Shown piece after piece: positions 36,412 through 46,014 of a DNA stretch of 64,000 nt. A program made the translations under genes and the position numbers. The notes below the pieces were generated by a model. It was not told the origin of the DNA. It saw nothing but the letters and a program-made list of their open reading frames with translations, and did no database searches. The stretch spans positions 32,001-96,000 of IMG/VR virus record IMGVR_UViG_3300006880_000001; one strand, given 5' to 3'. Source of the stretch: a virus. Numbering within the stretch: the first letter of the stretch is position 1; every line of letters starts with the position of its first letter.

Positions 36412-36990
36412 ATGACAGCCTTCCTCGCGGCCTCCGACCGGGACAACCTCACGGTCGTTAAGAGGGGCCTCCTCGAGCCGCTGGATGCGCTGATCCGGAG
36501 CCAACTCGGCACCACGCGCGTCCGTACACCCACCTTCGGCTCGGGGCTGGCGACGACCTCGCTGCTCAACACCGGGGTCATCTACTGGCCGCAGAGCGCG
36601 CTCGCCGACGTCCGCCAGGCATGGCAAGGCCTGGCCCAGAGCCACGCGCTCTACGGGCCGGTGGCCGACTTCCCGCTCAAGCCCAGCCTCGACGCCGAGC
36701 CCAGCCTGGCCGAGGGCATCGCGAAGGGCGGCGTCACCGGCGTCGCGCAGGCCACCCAGGCCTTCGTCCTCTTGACGACGCCGCTCGCGGCCAAGGGCGC
36801 CGCGATGCGGTTCTTGACGCTGGCGAACATCGACGAGTCACCGCTCCTCGACACCGCCGCGCTCGTCGGCGGGTCCAAGACCGGCTTCCTGTGGGGCTTC
36901 CTCGCCGGCGTCGGCTACCTGGCGTGGCTCCACCGCGAGGGCATCGGGCACGTCGTCTCGAAGGTTCGAGGCGCGCTGAGGCAGCCATGA
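36412..36990 (+). CDS. membrane protein
   Basis: 192 aa, C-terminal hydrophobic helix. Confidence 0.65.
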   Translation: MTAFLAASDRDNLTVVKRGLLEPLDALIRSQLGTTRVRTPTFGSGLATTSLLNTGVIYWPQSALADVRQAWQGLAQSHALYGPVADFPLKPSLDAEPSLAEGIAKGGVTGVAQATQAFVLLTTPLAAKGAAMRFLTLANIDESPLLDTAALVGGSKTGFLWGFLAGVGYLAWLHREGIGHVVSKVRGALRQP

Positions 36991-37238
36991 AGGGTCCGTA
37001 CTGCGAGAAGGTCGTCCACGCGAAGAGCTACTTCGACAAGCGCAGCTTCCGCACGAAGCGCCGCGGCAAGGTCGAGCTCCTCATCGGGTGCCCCCGTGGG
37101 AAGTGGATGCCCAAGGCGAAGTACAAGGGCAAGAAGGGCCGCTGTGCTGTCGGCACCCGAGCGCACGTGGTGAGGACTCCCCTCAAGGGCATGCGGTGTC
37201 CAGCCGGGGCCAAGCGTCGCACCAGACGAACGAGGTGA
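36987..37238 (+). CDS. small basic Cys protein
   Basis: MKGPYCEK..FDKRSFRT..LIGCPRGKW..C..GTR; ATGA overlap. Confidence 0.7.
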   Translation: MKGPYCEKVVHAKSYFDKRSFRTKRRGKVELLIGCPRGKWMPKAKYKGKKGRCAVGTRAHVVRTPLKGMRCPAGAKRRTRRTR

Positions 37239-37244
37239 TCTTCG

Positions 37245-37667
37245 ATGTCTCGCCCCAACCAACGCCGTTACGTTCGAACCCTGCCTCGTGCGCCGCGTCC
37301 ATACCGGCGGCGGAGCGCGGGAGCGATCTCCGAGTACGCCCTCGGCGCGCCAGCGCTGCCGACCTACCGGACCGTCGCCGGCGTCCTCGAGAAGAAGACC
37401 GGCTCCGGCGCTGCGCTCGCGGGCTGGACCTTCCTGCGGGGCGTCTTCCTGATCGGCCTGCCGTTCCTCATCGTCGGCACGCCGTGGCGGAAGGTCGTGG
37501 CCGGCGCAGCGCTCTCGTCGTCGCTGATGTCGCTCTTCACGCTCCTGCGCATCTTCAACGCGCGGGAAGAGATCCGACGTGAGATGATCCGTGCCGAGCT
37601 CCCCCGCGTCCCCAACTGGGCGCGGCGGCGGCTCCGCGGTGCTGGCTTCCGTCCGACCGAGGACTAG
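37245..37667 (+). CDS. basic membrane protein
   Basis: Two TMs; ends RRRLRGAGF. Confidence 0.65.
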   Translation: MSRPNQRRYVRTLPRAPRPYRRRSAGAISEYALGAPALPTYRTVAGVLEKKTGSGAALAGWTFLRGVFLIGLPFLIVGTPWRKVVAGAALSSSLMSLFTLLRIFNAREEIRREMIRAELPRVPNWARRRLRGAGFRPTED

Positions 37668-37999
37668 GTCGTCGCCGGTGGTTCGGTGGGCGGCGTCGAC
37701 GACTCCTCGAACGTCGCCCGCAACCGCTCTTCGGTCAGGATCACCCGGGTTCCGTTCGGCAGCGTGACCTCTACGCAATGCGTGCCGTGGACCGCCTTGC
37801 GTACGTCGATGGCGCCGGTGAAGTTGTTGGCCGGGAGCTCCTCGGCGCCGCCGTGGGTGAGGGCAGCGTGGGTGACCACCTGTCCGAGCGCGATGAGCTC
37901 CTCGACGAACCGTCGCACGAGGAGGTCCACGTCCCCGGCGTGCGGGGGTTGGTTGTGGTGCGTTCCCACGCCGCTGATGCTGATGTGCCAATTGCCCAT
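37664..37999 (-). CDS. hypothetical protein
   Basis: MGNWHISISGVGTHHN. Confidence 0.6.
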   Translation of the reverse strand: MGNWHISISGVGTHHNQPPHAGDVDLLVRRFVEELIALGQVVTHAALTHGGAEELPANNFTGAIDVRKAVHGTHCVEVTLPNGTRVILTEERLRATFEESSTPPTEPPATT

Positions 38000-38011
38000 C
38001 GGACGTCCCTT

Positions 38012-40216
38012 TCAGCCCGCCGCGTCCTCGTCGCTGCCCTCGTCCTCGTCATCTCCCTCGTCCTCGTCTCCCTCTTCGTCTTCGGAGAGTTGGGGGGCTT
38101 CGACCTGCGACTCGGCGACCTTGGTCATGGCCTTCCACGCCTCGGCGAGGTTCTGGACCACGCCCGCGTGGTACTCGACCGGCACGTCGGGCAGGACGAC
38201 GTCGATCAGATCGGCGAACCGAGCCGTCATGAACAGCTCGTGGAACGCGGGGACGTTGATCTGGTTCCCGAGGATGTGGTTCGCGGCCTCGATGAGGTAG
38301 GCCGCGCACTCCTCCGGCGCCGCGCCCGGCGGCCGTCCGTTGACGAGCTTCGGCGGATCCTGCATCACCGCGTCGACGAACTCGCCGACAGCGCGACGCA
38401 GCTTCTGGATGTGGTCCATCGCCGGACCGAACCACTCCGCGTCGGTCTTGCCGTGCCGACGCAGTTGGATGACCTTGGCACCCTCGGGCTTCGCCGACTC
38501 GACCTTCGGGGCCTCCGCGGCGGCCCCCTCGACCGCGGCGGACGCTTCCTTCGGGCGCTTGGCCTTCTTGGCCTTCACGGCGGAGGGTTGGGTCTCCACG
38601 CTCGGCGGCGTCGGCGCACTGCGCGGACCCTGGGGGAGCTGCTGCGCCGCCCCGAGACCACCACCACGCTGAGCCGCGACGGCCGCGGCCTGCGCCTGAG
38701 CGATCTCGCCGCGGGCGCGGTTGGCGCTCACAGCCTCGTCGCGGCGTGCGGCGACCATCTTGCCGACGATCTCCTTCCCGTCGGAGATGGCGTCACGGAT
38801 GAGACCGGTCACGGAGTCACCGTTGCCTCCCATCGTCTGCATCATGTTCTCCATCGCCACCTTCTGGAGCTGGAGCATGTCGCCGGTGAGGTTGATGACG
38901 GTCTTGCGCAGGTCGGAGACGCCATCGCCGCTCTCCTTGAAGATGCCGATCACGTCCCGCGGCGTCATGATCTGGTTGGCCATGCGATCGGCGACGGCGC
39001 GCTGGTCTCGCAGGGCCTCCTTCACGAAGTCGAGCACCGGGTCGTGCTGTGGCTTCGCCGCGGCAGCGGCCGCGGCAGCCGCAGCGGCGGCGGCCTGCTG
39101 CGCCTTGAGCTCGTCGATCGAACGCCGGCTGTCCTCCTGTTGCTGACGGATGAGGTCCTTCAGCGCCTGCTCGCGATCGCGCGCCTCCAGCCGCTCGCGC
39201 TCGCGCAGACGCTCCGCCTCGAGCCGCTCGCGCTCGCGGCGGTTCTCCTCCTCTTGGCGGCGCATCTGCTCGTTCTGCGCCTTGATCTGCTCCTGGAGGG
39301 AGAGCAGCTGCGGGTCCGGCCCCTGCGGCTGCCCTGCCTTCTCCACGACCTTGACGATCAGGTCCTCGAGCCGCGCGAAGCGCTGGTCGATCGCCGCCTG
39401 CTGCCGCTCGCGGTCCATCCGCTCGCGCTCCGCGCGCATCTGCTCGGCCTCCGGGCTCGGACCGGTGGGGCGCCGGATCTCGGCCTGGATCGCGTCCAGC
39501 TGCTGACGACTCGCAGCCTGGATGGCCTCGAGCTGGGTCCGGTTCTGGGCGGCGATCCGCTCGATCTCCGCCTTGTGCTCGGCCTCGATCCGCTGGCGCT
39601 CGACGTCGCGCAGCTGCGTCTCCAGCTGGCGGTTGTGGGCCTCGAGCTCGCGGGTCTTGGAGTCGTCGCGGAAGGGGTTGTCGAACATGATCGTCTCCTG
39701 CCACGGGCGGCGGTAGCCCCCGTTCGGTGTCGCGTACGGAGCGGGGGCCTGGTACACGGTCCCGATCGGCGCCTGGGCGAAGCTGCCCGGCTGCGAGATC
39801 GGTGGCGTCGCCCAGATGGCCGCCGGCGGCGGGAATTGTCCGGTGGGGGTGGTCCCCCCTGGGGTTGGTGGACTGACGATGGTCTCCAGGGGCGGCCAGG
39901 CCTTCTCGACGTAGACTCGCGGGTCGTAGAAGCACTCCCAGGTGTGTGCGTCTCCGTCCCTATCGGTGACCGTGATGTTGTACAGACCCCCACCGACGGC
40001 GTCGCGAAGCCACGTCTCGAGCTGGAGGACGCTCGAGATATCCCACCCCTCCCCAGAAGCCAGCTCAGGACCGAGTGACGGGAGCGGTGTGATGGGGCTT
40101 CGGAGCGCGTTCGGCCCATTCCCCTTGATCCGCTCTACGCGGACAAACAGGGGCTCCTTCATGCCTCGGACCTTGTTGAGGTCGAAGACCACGGAGGGAC
40201 GCTTGGGCGGTGCCAT
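38012..40216 (-). CDS. large coiled-coil protein
   Basis: About 734 aa, long E/Q/R heptad core, acidic tail; class B promoter. Confidence 0.8.
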   Translation of the reverse strand: MAPPKRPSVVFDLNKVRGMKEPLFVRVERIKGNGPNALRSPITPLPSLGPELASGEGWDISSVLQLETWLRDAVGGGLYNITVTDRDGDAHTWECFYDPRVYVEKAWPPLETIVSPPTPGGTTPTGQFPPPAAIWATPPISQPGSFAQAPIGTVYQAPAPYATPNGGYRRPWQETIMFDNPFRDDSKTRELEAHNRQLETQLRDVERQRIEAEHKAEIERIAAQNRTQLEAIQAASRQQLDAIQAEIRRPTGPSPEAEQMRAERERMDRERQQAAIDQRFARLEDLIVKVVEKAGQPQGPDPQLLSLQEQIKAQNEQMRRQEEENRRERERLEAERLRERERLEARDREQALKDLIRQQQEDSRRSIDELKAQQAAAAAAAAAAAAAKPQHDPVLDFVKEALRDQRAVADRMANQIMTPRDVIGIFKESGDGVSDLRKTVINLTGDMLQLQKVAMENMMQTMGGNGDSVTGLIRDAISDGKEIVGKMVAARRDEAVSANRARGEIAQAQAAAVAAQRGGGLGAAQQLPQGPRSAPTPPSVETQPSAVKAKKAKRPKEASAAVEGAAAEAPKVESAKPEGAKVIQLRRHGKTDAEWFGPAMDHIQKLRRAVGEFVDAVMQDPPKLVNGRPPGAAPEECAAYLIEAANHILGNQINVPAFHELFMTARFADLIDVVLPDVPVEYHAGVVQNLAEAWKAMTKVAESQVEAPQLSEDEEGDEDEGDDEDEGSDEDAAG

Positions 40217-40233
40217 GCCCAAACGGTACCCCG

Positions 40234-40249
40234 GATCGAAGGTGCGATC
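40234..40249. promoter_or_regulatory. class B motif
   Basis: GATCGAAGGTGCGATC; TACCGT-N6-ATG on minus strand. Confidence 0.8.
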
Positions 40250-40368
40250 ATCGAAATGGCGCGTCTTTCACCCCAGGATTTGCGGGCCCGCAACCGGACT
40301 CGAGGTAACGTCTGACCATGCGCAAGCGTCGCCCGCTCGCCCCCAGTGACCCTCGTGCGCCCTCAGGG

Positions 40369-40857
40369 ATGGCGCATAGGACGTTCGAACGCACCCAGGG
40401 TTGCTGGAACTGCGTGAACTTCCGGCAGGGTGAGCCAGCGGTCGCGTTCTGGTCGCGCAAGCGCGCCGGCGACCTGCAGACCGCCCATGGCTTGGCCCTT
40501 CTGAAGGAGAAGGGAGAGAAAGACCCCGTCATCGTGGGCATGCGCCAGATGATCAACACGATCGATCAGGGCGTGGCGGCCGGCCTCCTGGGCCTCTGCG
40601 GCGTCGGCGCAAGCGAAACGGACCTGGTTCAGAACACTTACCTGTGCGATCGCTGGACGGCCCAAGCCGGCGCCAGCGTGGCGCGCGCTGGGGAAGGCCT
40701 CGACGAGCTCCCGGAAGAGGTCCGGCACGAGGTCGATAGCGCCGTACCCGCCCACGGTCCCACGCAGGAGAGCACGCCACCGCAGTCCACGGAGGACCTG
40801 CCGCAGGTGGACATCTGCTCGATCGCACCTACGACCAAGGACACGGAGGAGAACTGA
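40369..40857 (+). CDS. Cys-containing hypothetical protein
   Basis: CWNC...C...CDRW; start uncertain (40318 or 40369). Confidence 0.6.
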   Translation: MAHRTFERTQGCWNCVNFRQGEPAVAFWSRKRAGDLQTAHGLALLKEKGEKDPVIVGMRQMINTIDQGVAAGLLGLCGVGASETDLVQNTYLCDRWTAQAGASVARAGEGLDELPEEVRHEVDSAVPAHGPTQESTPPQSTEDLPQVDICSIAPTTKDTEEN

Positions 40858-40859
40858 CC

Positions 40860-41186
40860 GTGCAGCTCCTGATCCTCGCGACCCTGACCACCGCCCTGTT
40901 CTACCTGGGGTCCCGCGCCCAGATCACGTCGTTCCTGTGGCGGCGATATCCCACCTGGTTGGCCCGCTTCGTCGACTGTCCAGCCTGCATCGGTTTCTGG
41001 CACGGTTTGTGGGTCGCCGCGACGCTGCGCGCCCTCGACCACCCACTCCCACCGTATCCCACCGAGGTCTGGAACCTACCCCTCCTCGCCCTGGCCAGCG
41101 TCGTGTGGACGCCCCTCGGCGCCGCGCTGCTCCAGCGGGCCCTGGAAGCGGTTGGTAGCGCCGTCAATGACCCGGAGGCCGGGTGA
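40860..41186 (+). CDS. membrane protein with CPxC.GFW motif
   Basis: GGAG RBS; hydrophobic; CPACIGFW. Confidence 0.7.
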   Translation: MQLLILATLTTALFYLGSRAQITSFLWRRYPTWLARFVDCPACIGFWHGLWVAATLRALDHPLPPYPTEVWNLPLLALASVVWTPLGAALLQRALEAVGSAVNDPEAG

Positions 41187-41187
41187 C

Positions 41188-41703
41188 GTGGCACGGTCCC
41201 CGTCCAATCCGAACGCGCCCTACTACGTCCAGCTGCGGGACTTCAAGCGGCGCCTGATCGAAGGGGCGCTCGAGGTCAGCGATGGCAAGGCAGTCCTCGC
41301 CGCGCAACGGCTCGGGCTCCCCAAGGCGACCTGGAAGAAGCTCTGCCGCGAGCTCGACATCAAGGGCACCTACGCCCCCTACGCCGAACGCACCGCGGCC
41401 GGGATGCGGACCAAGGCCGCGAAGGCAGCCCTCGAACAGGCAGCCACCGTGGATGCCCCTGCCGCCACGGACGCGGACACCCCCGATCCAGGCATCGCCG
41501 AAGCTGTCGAGGGCTTCGAGGAAGATGGCCTGTTCCTCATGGCGGACGAGCCGGATGAGGAGGAAGAGGACACCGAGGAGCTCGACGAGGACGAGGATGA
41601 GGATGAAGACGACGAAGACGAGCTCGACGAGGACGACGGCGACGAGGACGAAGACGAGGACGACGCCGACGACGATGCCGAAGCAGACACCGACCCCAAC
41701 TGA
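41188..41703 (+). CDS. Fis/NtrC-type HTH protein with long acidic tail
   Basis: FKRRLIEGALEVSDG...AAQRLGLPKAT; about 50-residue D/E tract. Confidence 0.75.
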   Translation: MARSPSNPNAPYYVQLRDFKRRLIEGALEVSDGKAVLAAQRLGLPKATWKKLCRELDIKGTYAPYAERTAAGMRTKAAKAALEQAATVDAPAATDADTPDPGIAEAVEGFEEDGLFLMADEPDEEEEDTEELDEDEDEDEDDEDELDEDDGDEDEDEDDADDDAEADTDPN

Positions 41704-41712
41704 GGAGCCGCC

Positions 41713-42519
41713 ATGTTCACGTTCCTGCGGAGCCTACTGACCGATCTGACCTCCCACGGCGATCACGAGGGGCCGACGTCCGACGACACCGACGAACCCG
41801 ACATCACGATCGACGAGGAGCCGCTCACTATCGACGGCGAGGGCTGGTTCGTCGGCCTCGGCGTCAAGCGCTTCTCGACGGCCCGGACCCAACCACTCCA
41901 GACGCCGTCGGGGCACGTCGAGGGGGTCACCTGGCACTGGACAGCGACCGGCGAAGGCACCGGCGAGCGGCTGTGCAAGAACATCAAGAAGCTGCCCGAG
42001 CCAGGGCAGCATGTTGGCTCCTGGCACGTCCTGATCCCACGCCAGGGCGGCATCCTGCAATGCGCGCCGACGACCGTCGGAACCTGGCATGCTGGTGGAC
42101 CGACTGCCGCGCGGTTCTTCGCCAAGAACCACGGCTGGGCCAAGGCCCCACCGGGCATGAGCCGCATCAGCGCCAACGCGCTCTTCCTCGGCGTCGAGCT
42201 CGAATGCGTGGGCGAGGTGCGATCGATCGCCGGGTCGTGGATGGGGTGGCCCTTCGGCAAGAACGGCCAGAAGGGCCCGATCGTCCCTGACCGTGACATC
42301 GCCACGGCGGGTGGAAGGACGTACCAGGCGTTCACCAACGCACAGGTCACCGAAGCCACGCGCATCGTGCGCGCGCTGGCCACCACCTACCGCCTCCCTG
42401 CGATGCAGTTCTCCTGGACCCATGCGGACATCGACCCGAACCGCAAGATCGATCCAGGGCCGATCTGGACCATGAAGATCCTCCCCGCGATCCTCGCATC
42501 CACCGTCCCCAACACCTGA
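41713..42519 (+). CDS. N-acetylmuramoyl-L-alanine amidase (endolysin)
   Basis: HWTA, SWH, WHAG, GVELE, H.DI..RKIDPG. Confidence 0.9.
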   Translation: MFTFLRSLLTDLTSHGDHEGPTSDDTDEPDITIDEEPLTIDGEGWFVGLGVKRFSTARTQPLQTPSGHVEGVTWHWTATGEGTGERLCKNIKKLPEPGQHVGSWHVLIPRQGGILQCAPTTVGTWHAGGPTAARFFAKNHGWAKAPPGMSRISANALFLGVELECVGEVRSIAGSWMGWPFGKNGQKGPIVPDRDIATAGGRTYQAFTNAQVTEATRIVRALATTYRLPAMQFSWTHADIDPNRKIDPGPIWTMKILPAILASTVPNT

Positions 42520-42532
42520 AGGATCTCCTCCC

Positions 42533-42976
42533 ATGGCCGTCACTGTCACCATGCCGCTCACGGAGCTCGACGAGCTTCGAAACTCGCTCCGCACTGCCAA
42601 CGAGGCCGTGGCCGCCCTCCAACAGCAGATCCGGACGCTCAAGGAAGACGGCATCCCCATCGAGGCCGCGATCCTCGTCGAGGGCCTCCGAGCCGCGCAC
42701 ATCGTGATCTGCTACGCGATCGCCAACCTCGACCCGGAGTTCGCGCGCCGCTGGCCCGAGGGCGCCCTGGCGACGTACATGCGCGCCTACGAGACGATGC
42801 CCGAGGCCGATCGGGAGTGGATCATCGACACCAAGAACTTCCTCGAGCGGATCACCGAGTACGAAGTACGGCGCCGCGCGACCGACCGATGGACGGCAGC
42901 GCCGGCACGGCACTCTGGTGGCTTCGGGATCGAAGGTGCTCCCGACGTGGACCCCGACGACCCGCAAGCCGCCTGA
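42533..42976 (+). CDS. hypothetical protein
   Basis: 147-aa ORF, N-terminal coiled coil. Confidence 0.6.
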   Translation: MAVTVTMPLTELDELRNSLRTANEAVAALQQQIRTLKEDGIPIEAAILVEGLRAAHIVICYAIANLDPEFARRWPEGALATYMRAYETMPEADREWIIDTKNFLERITEYEVRRRATDRWTAAPARHSGGFGIEGAPDVDPDDPQAA

Positions 42977-43011
42977 CCCAAACGGTCACCGCGGCGTGGT
43001 AGTGGTGTCCA

Positions 43012-44280
43012 GTGAACCTGGACGACCTGGACGACGTGGACGACGACCTCGGTGACGATCCTGCGATCGACGTCACCCTGACCCCTGATCAGCGCCAAGC
43101 ACTGGACCAGATCATGTCGTGGCTGGGGCGCGACGGGCAGCAGACGCTGGCGCTGACCGGCCCCGCCGGGTCGGGCAAGTCGACGCTCCTGAAGGCGCTA
43201 CAGCACCAGCTCCAACGCCGAGGCCGTGATGCCACCTGGTGCGCGACGACGGGCAAGGCGGCCGTGCGACTGGCGCGCGTCACCGGCCAGGCTGCGACAC
43301 TCCACAGCACCCTCTATGGCCCTCCCAAAGAGGTCAAGGGCAAGCTGCGGTTCGACGACCTCAAGCCAGAACCGGACACGGACGTCGTCGTCATCGACGA
43401 GGCTTCGATGCTGACGCCGACCCTCTTCCACGACGTCCAGACGTGGTCGCAGCACCTCCTCTTCGTCGGGGACGGCATGCAGTTGCCGCCAGTACTCGAC
43501 CCCGACGACGAATCGAAGCACGGCAAGACCTACAGCGTGTTCGATCACGTGACGGGCCCCGAGCTGACCACGATCGTCCGTTCGAACGACGAGGTCATCG
43601 ACATCGCCACCGAGCTCCGCACGAAGCACAAGATCCCTCGCAAGGCGGTCACGACCGTCCGGGACCCGATGACCGCGGCGGTCGAGGCCTACCTCGCCGA
43701 CCCCGACGACCACATGCTCATCACCTGGCGCAACGAAGCCCGGATGGCGGCCAACCGCCTCGTCCGTCAACGTCGCGGCATCGAGGATCCGATGCTCCAG
43801 GCGGACGAGCCTTTCCTGGTCCGCAAGAACAGCCGCACGGCCATGAACGGTGACATCTTCACCGCGGAGCGCGTCCGCTCCGGGCCTCAACTGGGCCCCA
43901 TCGCCACGCTCGAGGTGACCACAACCTGCGGGCGCCACCTGCTGGTCTACGCCGCCGGCTCCAAAGAGCCCATGGACGGCGCAATGCCGTTCCTCGGAGA
44001 GGAGGGCTTCCGCGACTACCTCTCCGGCAAGAAGCACGCGAAGGTCTACAACGACCCGGTCCCCGTCACGTACGGCTACTGCGGCACCTGCCATGTCTAC
44101 CAGGGCAGTGAAGCCCGCCGCGTGTCGATCTTCCTGACCGGGCGCGACGCCGGCAACCGCGCGTTCGTCGAGAAGGTCCCCCTCCCGCGTCGTGCCGGCA
44201 TGGTCGAGTTCTCGATCCGCTGGCTCTACACCGCCGTCACGCGCGCCAAGGAAAAGGCCACCCTCTTCTACGACGCCTGA
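43012..44280 (+). CDS. Dda/RecD-like superfamily 1 helicase
   Basis: GPAGSGKST, IDEASM, GD..QLPPV, TCH..QGSE, LYTAVTRA. Confidence 0.93.
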   Translation: MNLDDLDDVDDDLGDDPAIDVTLTPDQRQALDQIMSWLGRDGQQTLALTGPAGSGKSTLLKALQHQLQRRGRDATWCATTGKAAVRLARVTGQAATLHSTLYGPPKEVKGKLRFDDLKPEPDTDVVVIDEASMLTPTLFHDVQTWSQHLLFVGDGMQLPPVLDPDDESKHGKTYSVFDHVTGPELTTIVRSNDEVIDIATELRTKHKIPRKAVTTVRDPMTAAVEAYLADPDDHMLITWRNEARMAANRLVRQRRGIEDPMLQADEPFLVRKNSRTAMNGDIFTAERVRSGPQLGPIATLEVTTTCGRHLLVYAAGSKEPMDGAMPFLGEEGFRDYLSGKKHAKVYNDPVPVTYGYCGTCHVYQGSEARRVSIFLTGRDAGNRAFVEKVPLPRRAGMVEFSIRWLYTAVTRAKEKATLFYDA

Positions 44281-44281
44281 T

Positions 44282-44638
44282 ATGAACATCGAGGTCAGAC
44301 GCCACACGCCGCGTCCTACGCCCCCACCGTGGCGGTCCATCGCCATCCTGATCCGCACCACCCCCGTTGACAGCACCGAAGCCGTCAACGAGCGCAAGAA
44401 GGTGCTCGTCGCCATCCTTCGCGAAGAGCTTCGTCTCAAGCCCCACCAACTCCGCGTCGCCTTTCGCTTCCGGTACGGCTACGCCATTCACATCCACGTG
44501 TACCGCGGCGAGGGGTCGGACGCCGACCACCGGCTATACCAAGCGTGGGAGACGACCGTCCATCGCTGGGCATACGCGTCGGAGGCTCAGCTACTGGCCC
44601 GCTTCCGCCGCGTCAAGGACAAGATCGACCATGGCTAA
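44282..44638 (+). CDS. hypothetical protein
   Basis: Coupled ORF MNIEVRR. Confidence 0.55.
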   Translation: MNIEVRRHTPRPTPPPWRSIAILIRTTPVDSTEAVNERKKVLVAILREELRLKPHQLRVAFRFRYGYAIHIHVYRGEGSDADHRLYQAWETTVHRWAYASEAQLLARFRRVKDKIDHG

Positions 44639-45050
44639 CGACTTCAACACCTGGGTGCTGATCCACATCGACGAAGCCGAGAACGAGGCGCCGCTCATCG
44701 TCGCGCACGCCCTCGATTACGACATCGTCACGCAAGGTCCCTCCATCCCCGAAGCCATGATCGCGGTCTGCGAGGCCGTCCGCATGTTCGTCAGGGAGGC
44801 CGACGACGTACACGTCCGCGCCCCCCAAGACGACTGGGCCATCCTCCACCGGACCCTCGACGGTTCACCCGTAAGCCCAGACGTCATCGCGGCGATCGAT
44901 CCCTGGTCGATCGTCAGCGCCGCCTTCTACGTCTGGGGAGATCAGACGCTGTTCAACATCGCAGGCACGGCCTTCGTCCGTCTCCAGGACACGAACAACG
45001 AGGAGGTCGAGGAGACCGATGAGACCCCGGAGGGGACCCTCCTTTCTTAA
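44631..45050 (+). CDS. HicB-like N-terminal domain protein
   Basis: VAHALDYDIVTQG.SI.EA...EAV. Confidence 0.55.
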   Translation: MANDFNTWVLIHIDEAENEAPLIVAHALDYDIVTQGPSIPEAMIAVCEAVRMFVREADDVHVRAPQDDWAILHRTLDGSPVSPDVIAAIDPWSIVSAAFYVWGDQTLFNIAGTAFVRLQDTNNEEVEETDETPEGTLLS

Positions 45051-45085
45051 CGCGTTCGCCGGCGGAGCTCTGGTACGCTGAGCGA

Positions 45086-45484
45086 ATGTCGACCAACCTT
45101 CCGCCGGAGCAGATCGTCATAGCGGCCCTGCACGACGTCATCTCGCGTGGATACGTTGTCGGCCCGAGCCAGACGTGGGGTGTTCGCCCCTCGTCCCATG
45201 GAACCTGGGCGCCTGACGGCGACCCGATCTGCGCGATCGGTGCGGTCCTCCTCGTGATGCAGCCCTGCACGGACATCGGGACCTGGGCCGAGACCGCGGC
45301 GGTCGCGCTGGGGACGTCGAAGGCGTGGACGAATGGGGTCTCCTGTGGATTCGAGGACATGCACCCCTCGGTCCTGGGCCCATGCTCGGATGACAACGTG
45401 GCCGGGTACGAGTTCGGCCAGCGCCTGCGCAAGATGGTCCCGAGCCTGCTCCTCCGGTATCGACAGACGGTCACCCCGGTCTGA
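45086..45484 (+). CDS. hypothetical protein
   Basis: TGGTACGCT before ATG; CAIGA motif. Confidence 0.6.
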   Translation: MSTNLPPEQIVIAALHDVISRGYVVGPSQTWGVRPSSHGTWAPDGDPICAIGAVLLVMQPCTDIGTWAETAAVALGTSKAWTNGVSCGFEDMHPSVLGPCSDDNVAGYEFGQRLRKMVPSLLLRYRQTVTPV

Positions 45485-45496
45485 TAGCTTCTGGGC

Positions 45497-46012
45497 ATGC
45501 CACGTGGGCGGTTCGCACCGGACGAGAGCGGGCACCTGTACGGTCGCCTTACCGTCATCGCCAGAGAGCCGAATCGCGGCAGCTACGCGACCTGGCGCTG
45601 TCGTTGCGTGTGCGGCAACGAGGTCGTCGTGACGGCGACCATGCTGCGTTCTGGCAATACGACTTCGTGCGGCTGCCTGCGGACCGAGAAGACTGTTGCG
45701 CGGAGCTTCCGCCACGGAGCCGCTCGCCGTAGGAGGATCTGGCCAGAGTACTACGTCTGGGCCGAGATGGTGCAGCGTTGTACGAACACCGCGCATCCCC
45801 AATACCGCGACTACGGTGGTCGAGGTGTAGCGGTGGAGTTCCGATCGTTCGACGAATTCATAGAAGAAGTTGGACGGCGCCCGTCGCCAGACCTGACGAT
45901 CGATCGGATTGACAACGATCGTGGCTACGCGCCAGGGAACGTCAGATGGGCCACGTACACGGAGCAACGCCTGAACCAACGGCGCATGAAGCCCTCCAAG
46001 GGAGGTATTTGA
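45497..46012 (+). CDS. HNH endonuclease (homing-type)
   Basis: YGRLTVI, WRCRC.CG, SCGC, YGGRG, IDRIDND.GY.PGNVRWAT..EQ..N. Confidence 0.9.
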   Translation: MPRGRFAPDESGHLYGRLTVIAREPNRGSYATWRCRCVCGNEVVVTATMLRSGNTTSCGCLRTEKTVARSFRHGAARRRRIWPEYYVWAEMVQRCTNTAHPQYRDYGGRGVAVEFRSFDEFIEEVGRRPSPDLTIDRIDNDRGYAPGNVRWATYTEQRLNQRRMKPSKGGI

Positions 46013-46014
46013 CG

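Noticed and set aside
37778-40078. 766-aa plus-strand ORF and many other long overlapping ORFs in the track
   Set aside because: Antisense or off-frame shadows of real genes, expected at this GC content; no motifs, RBS or promoter.
9413-40249. GATCG-N6-CGATC copies as a CRISPR array or IS ends
   Set aside because: Dispersed kilobases apart, tied to gene starts, no regular spacers, cas or transposase genes.
41541-41700. GACGAG-type microsatellite / poly-Ser antisense ORF 41379-41720
   Set aside because: Simply the codons of the acidic tail of 41188-41703.
42928-42943. GATCGAAGGTGCTCCC as a twelfth class B site
   Set aside because: Right half-site is broken and it lies inside a coding region; left uncounted.
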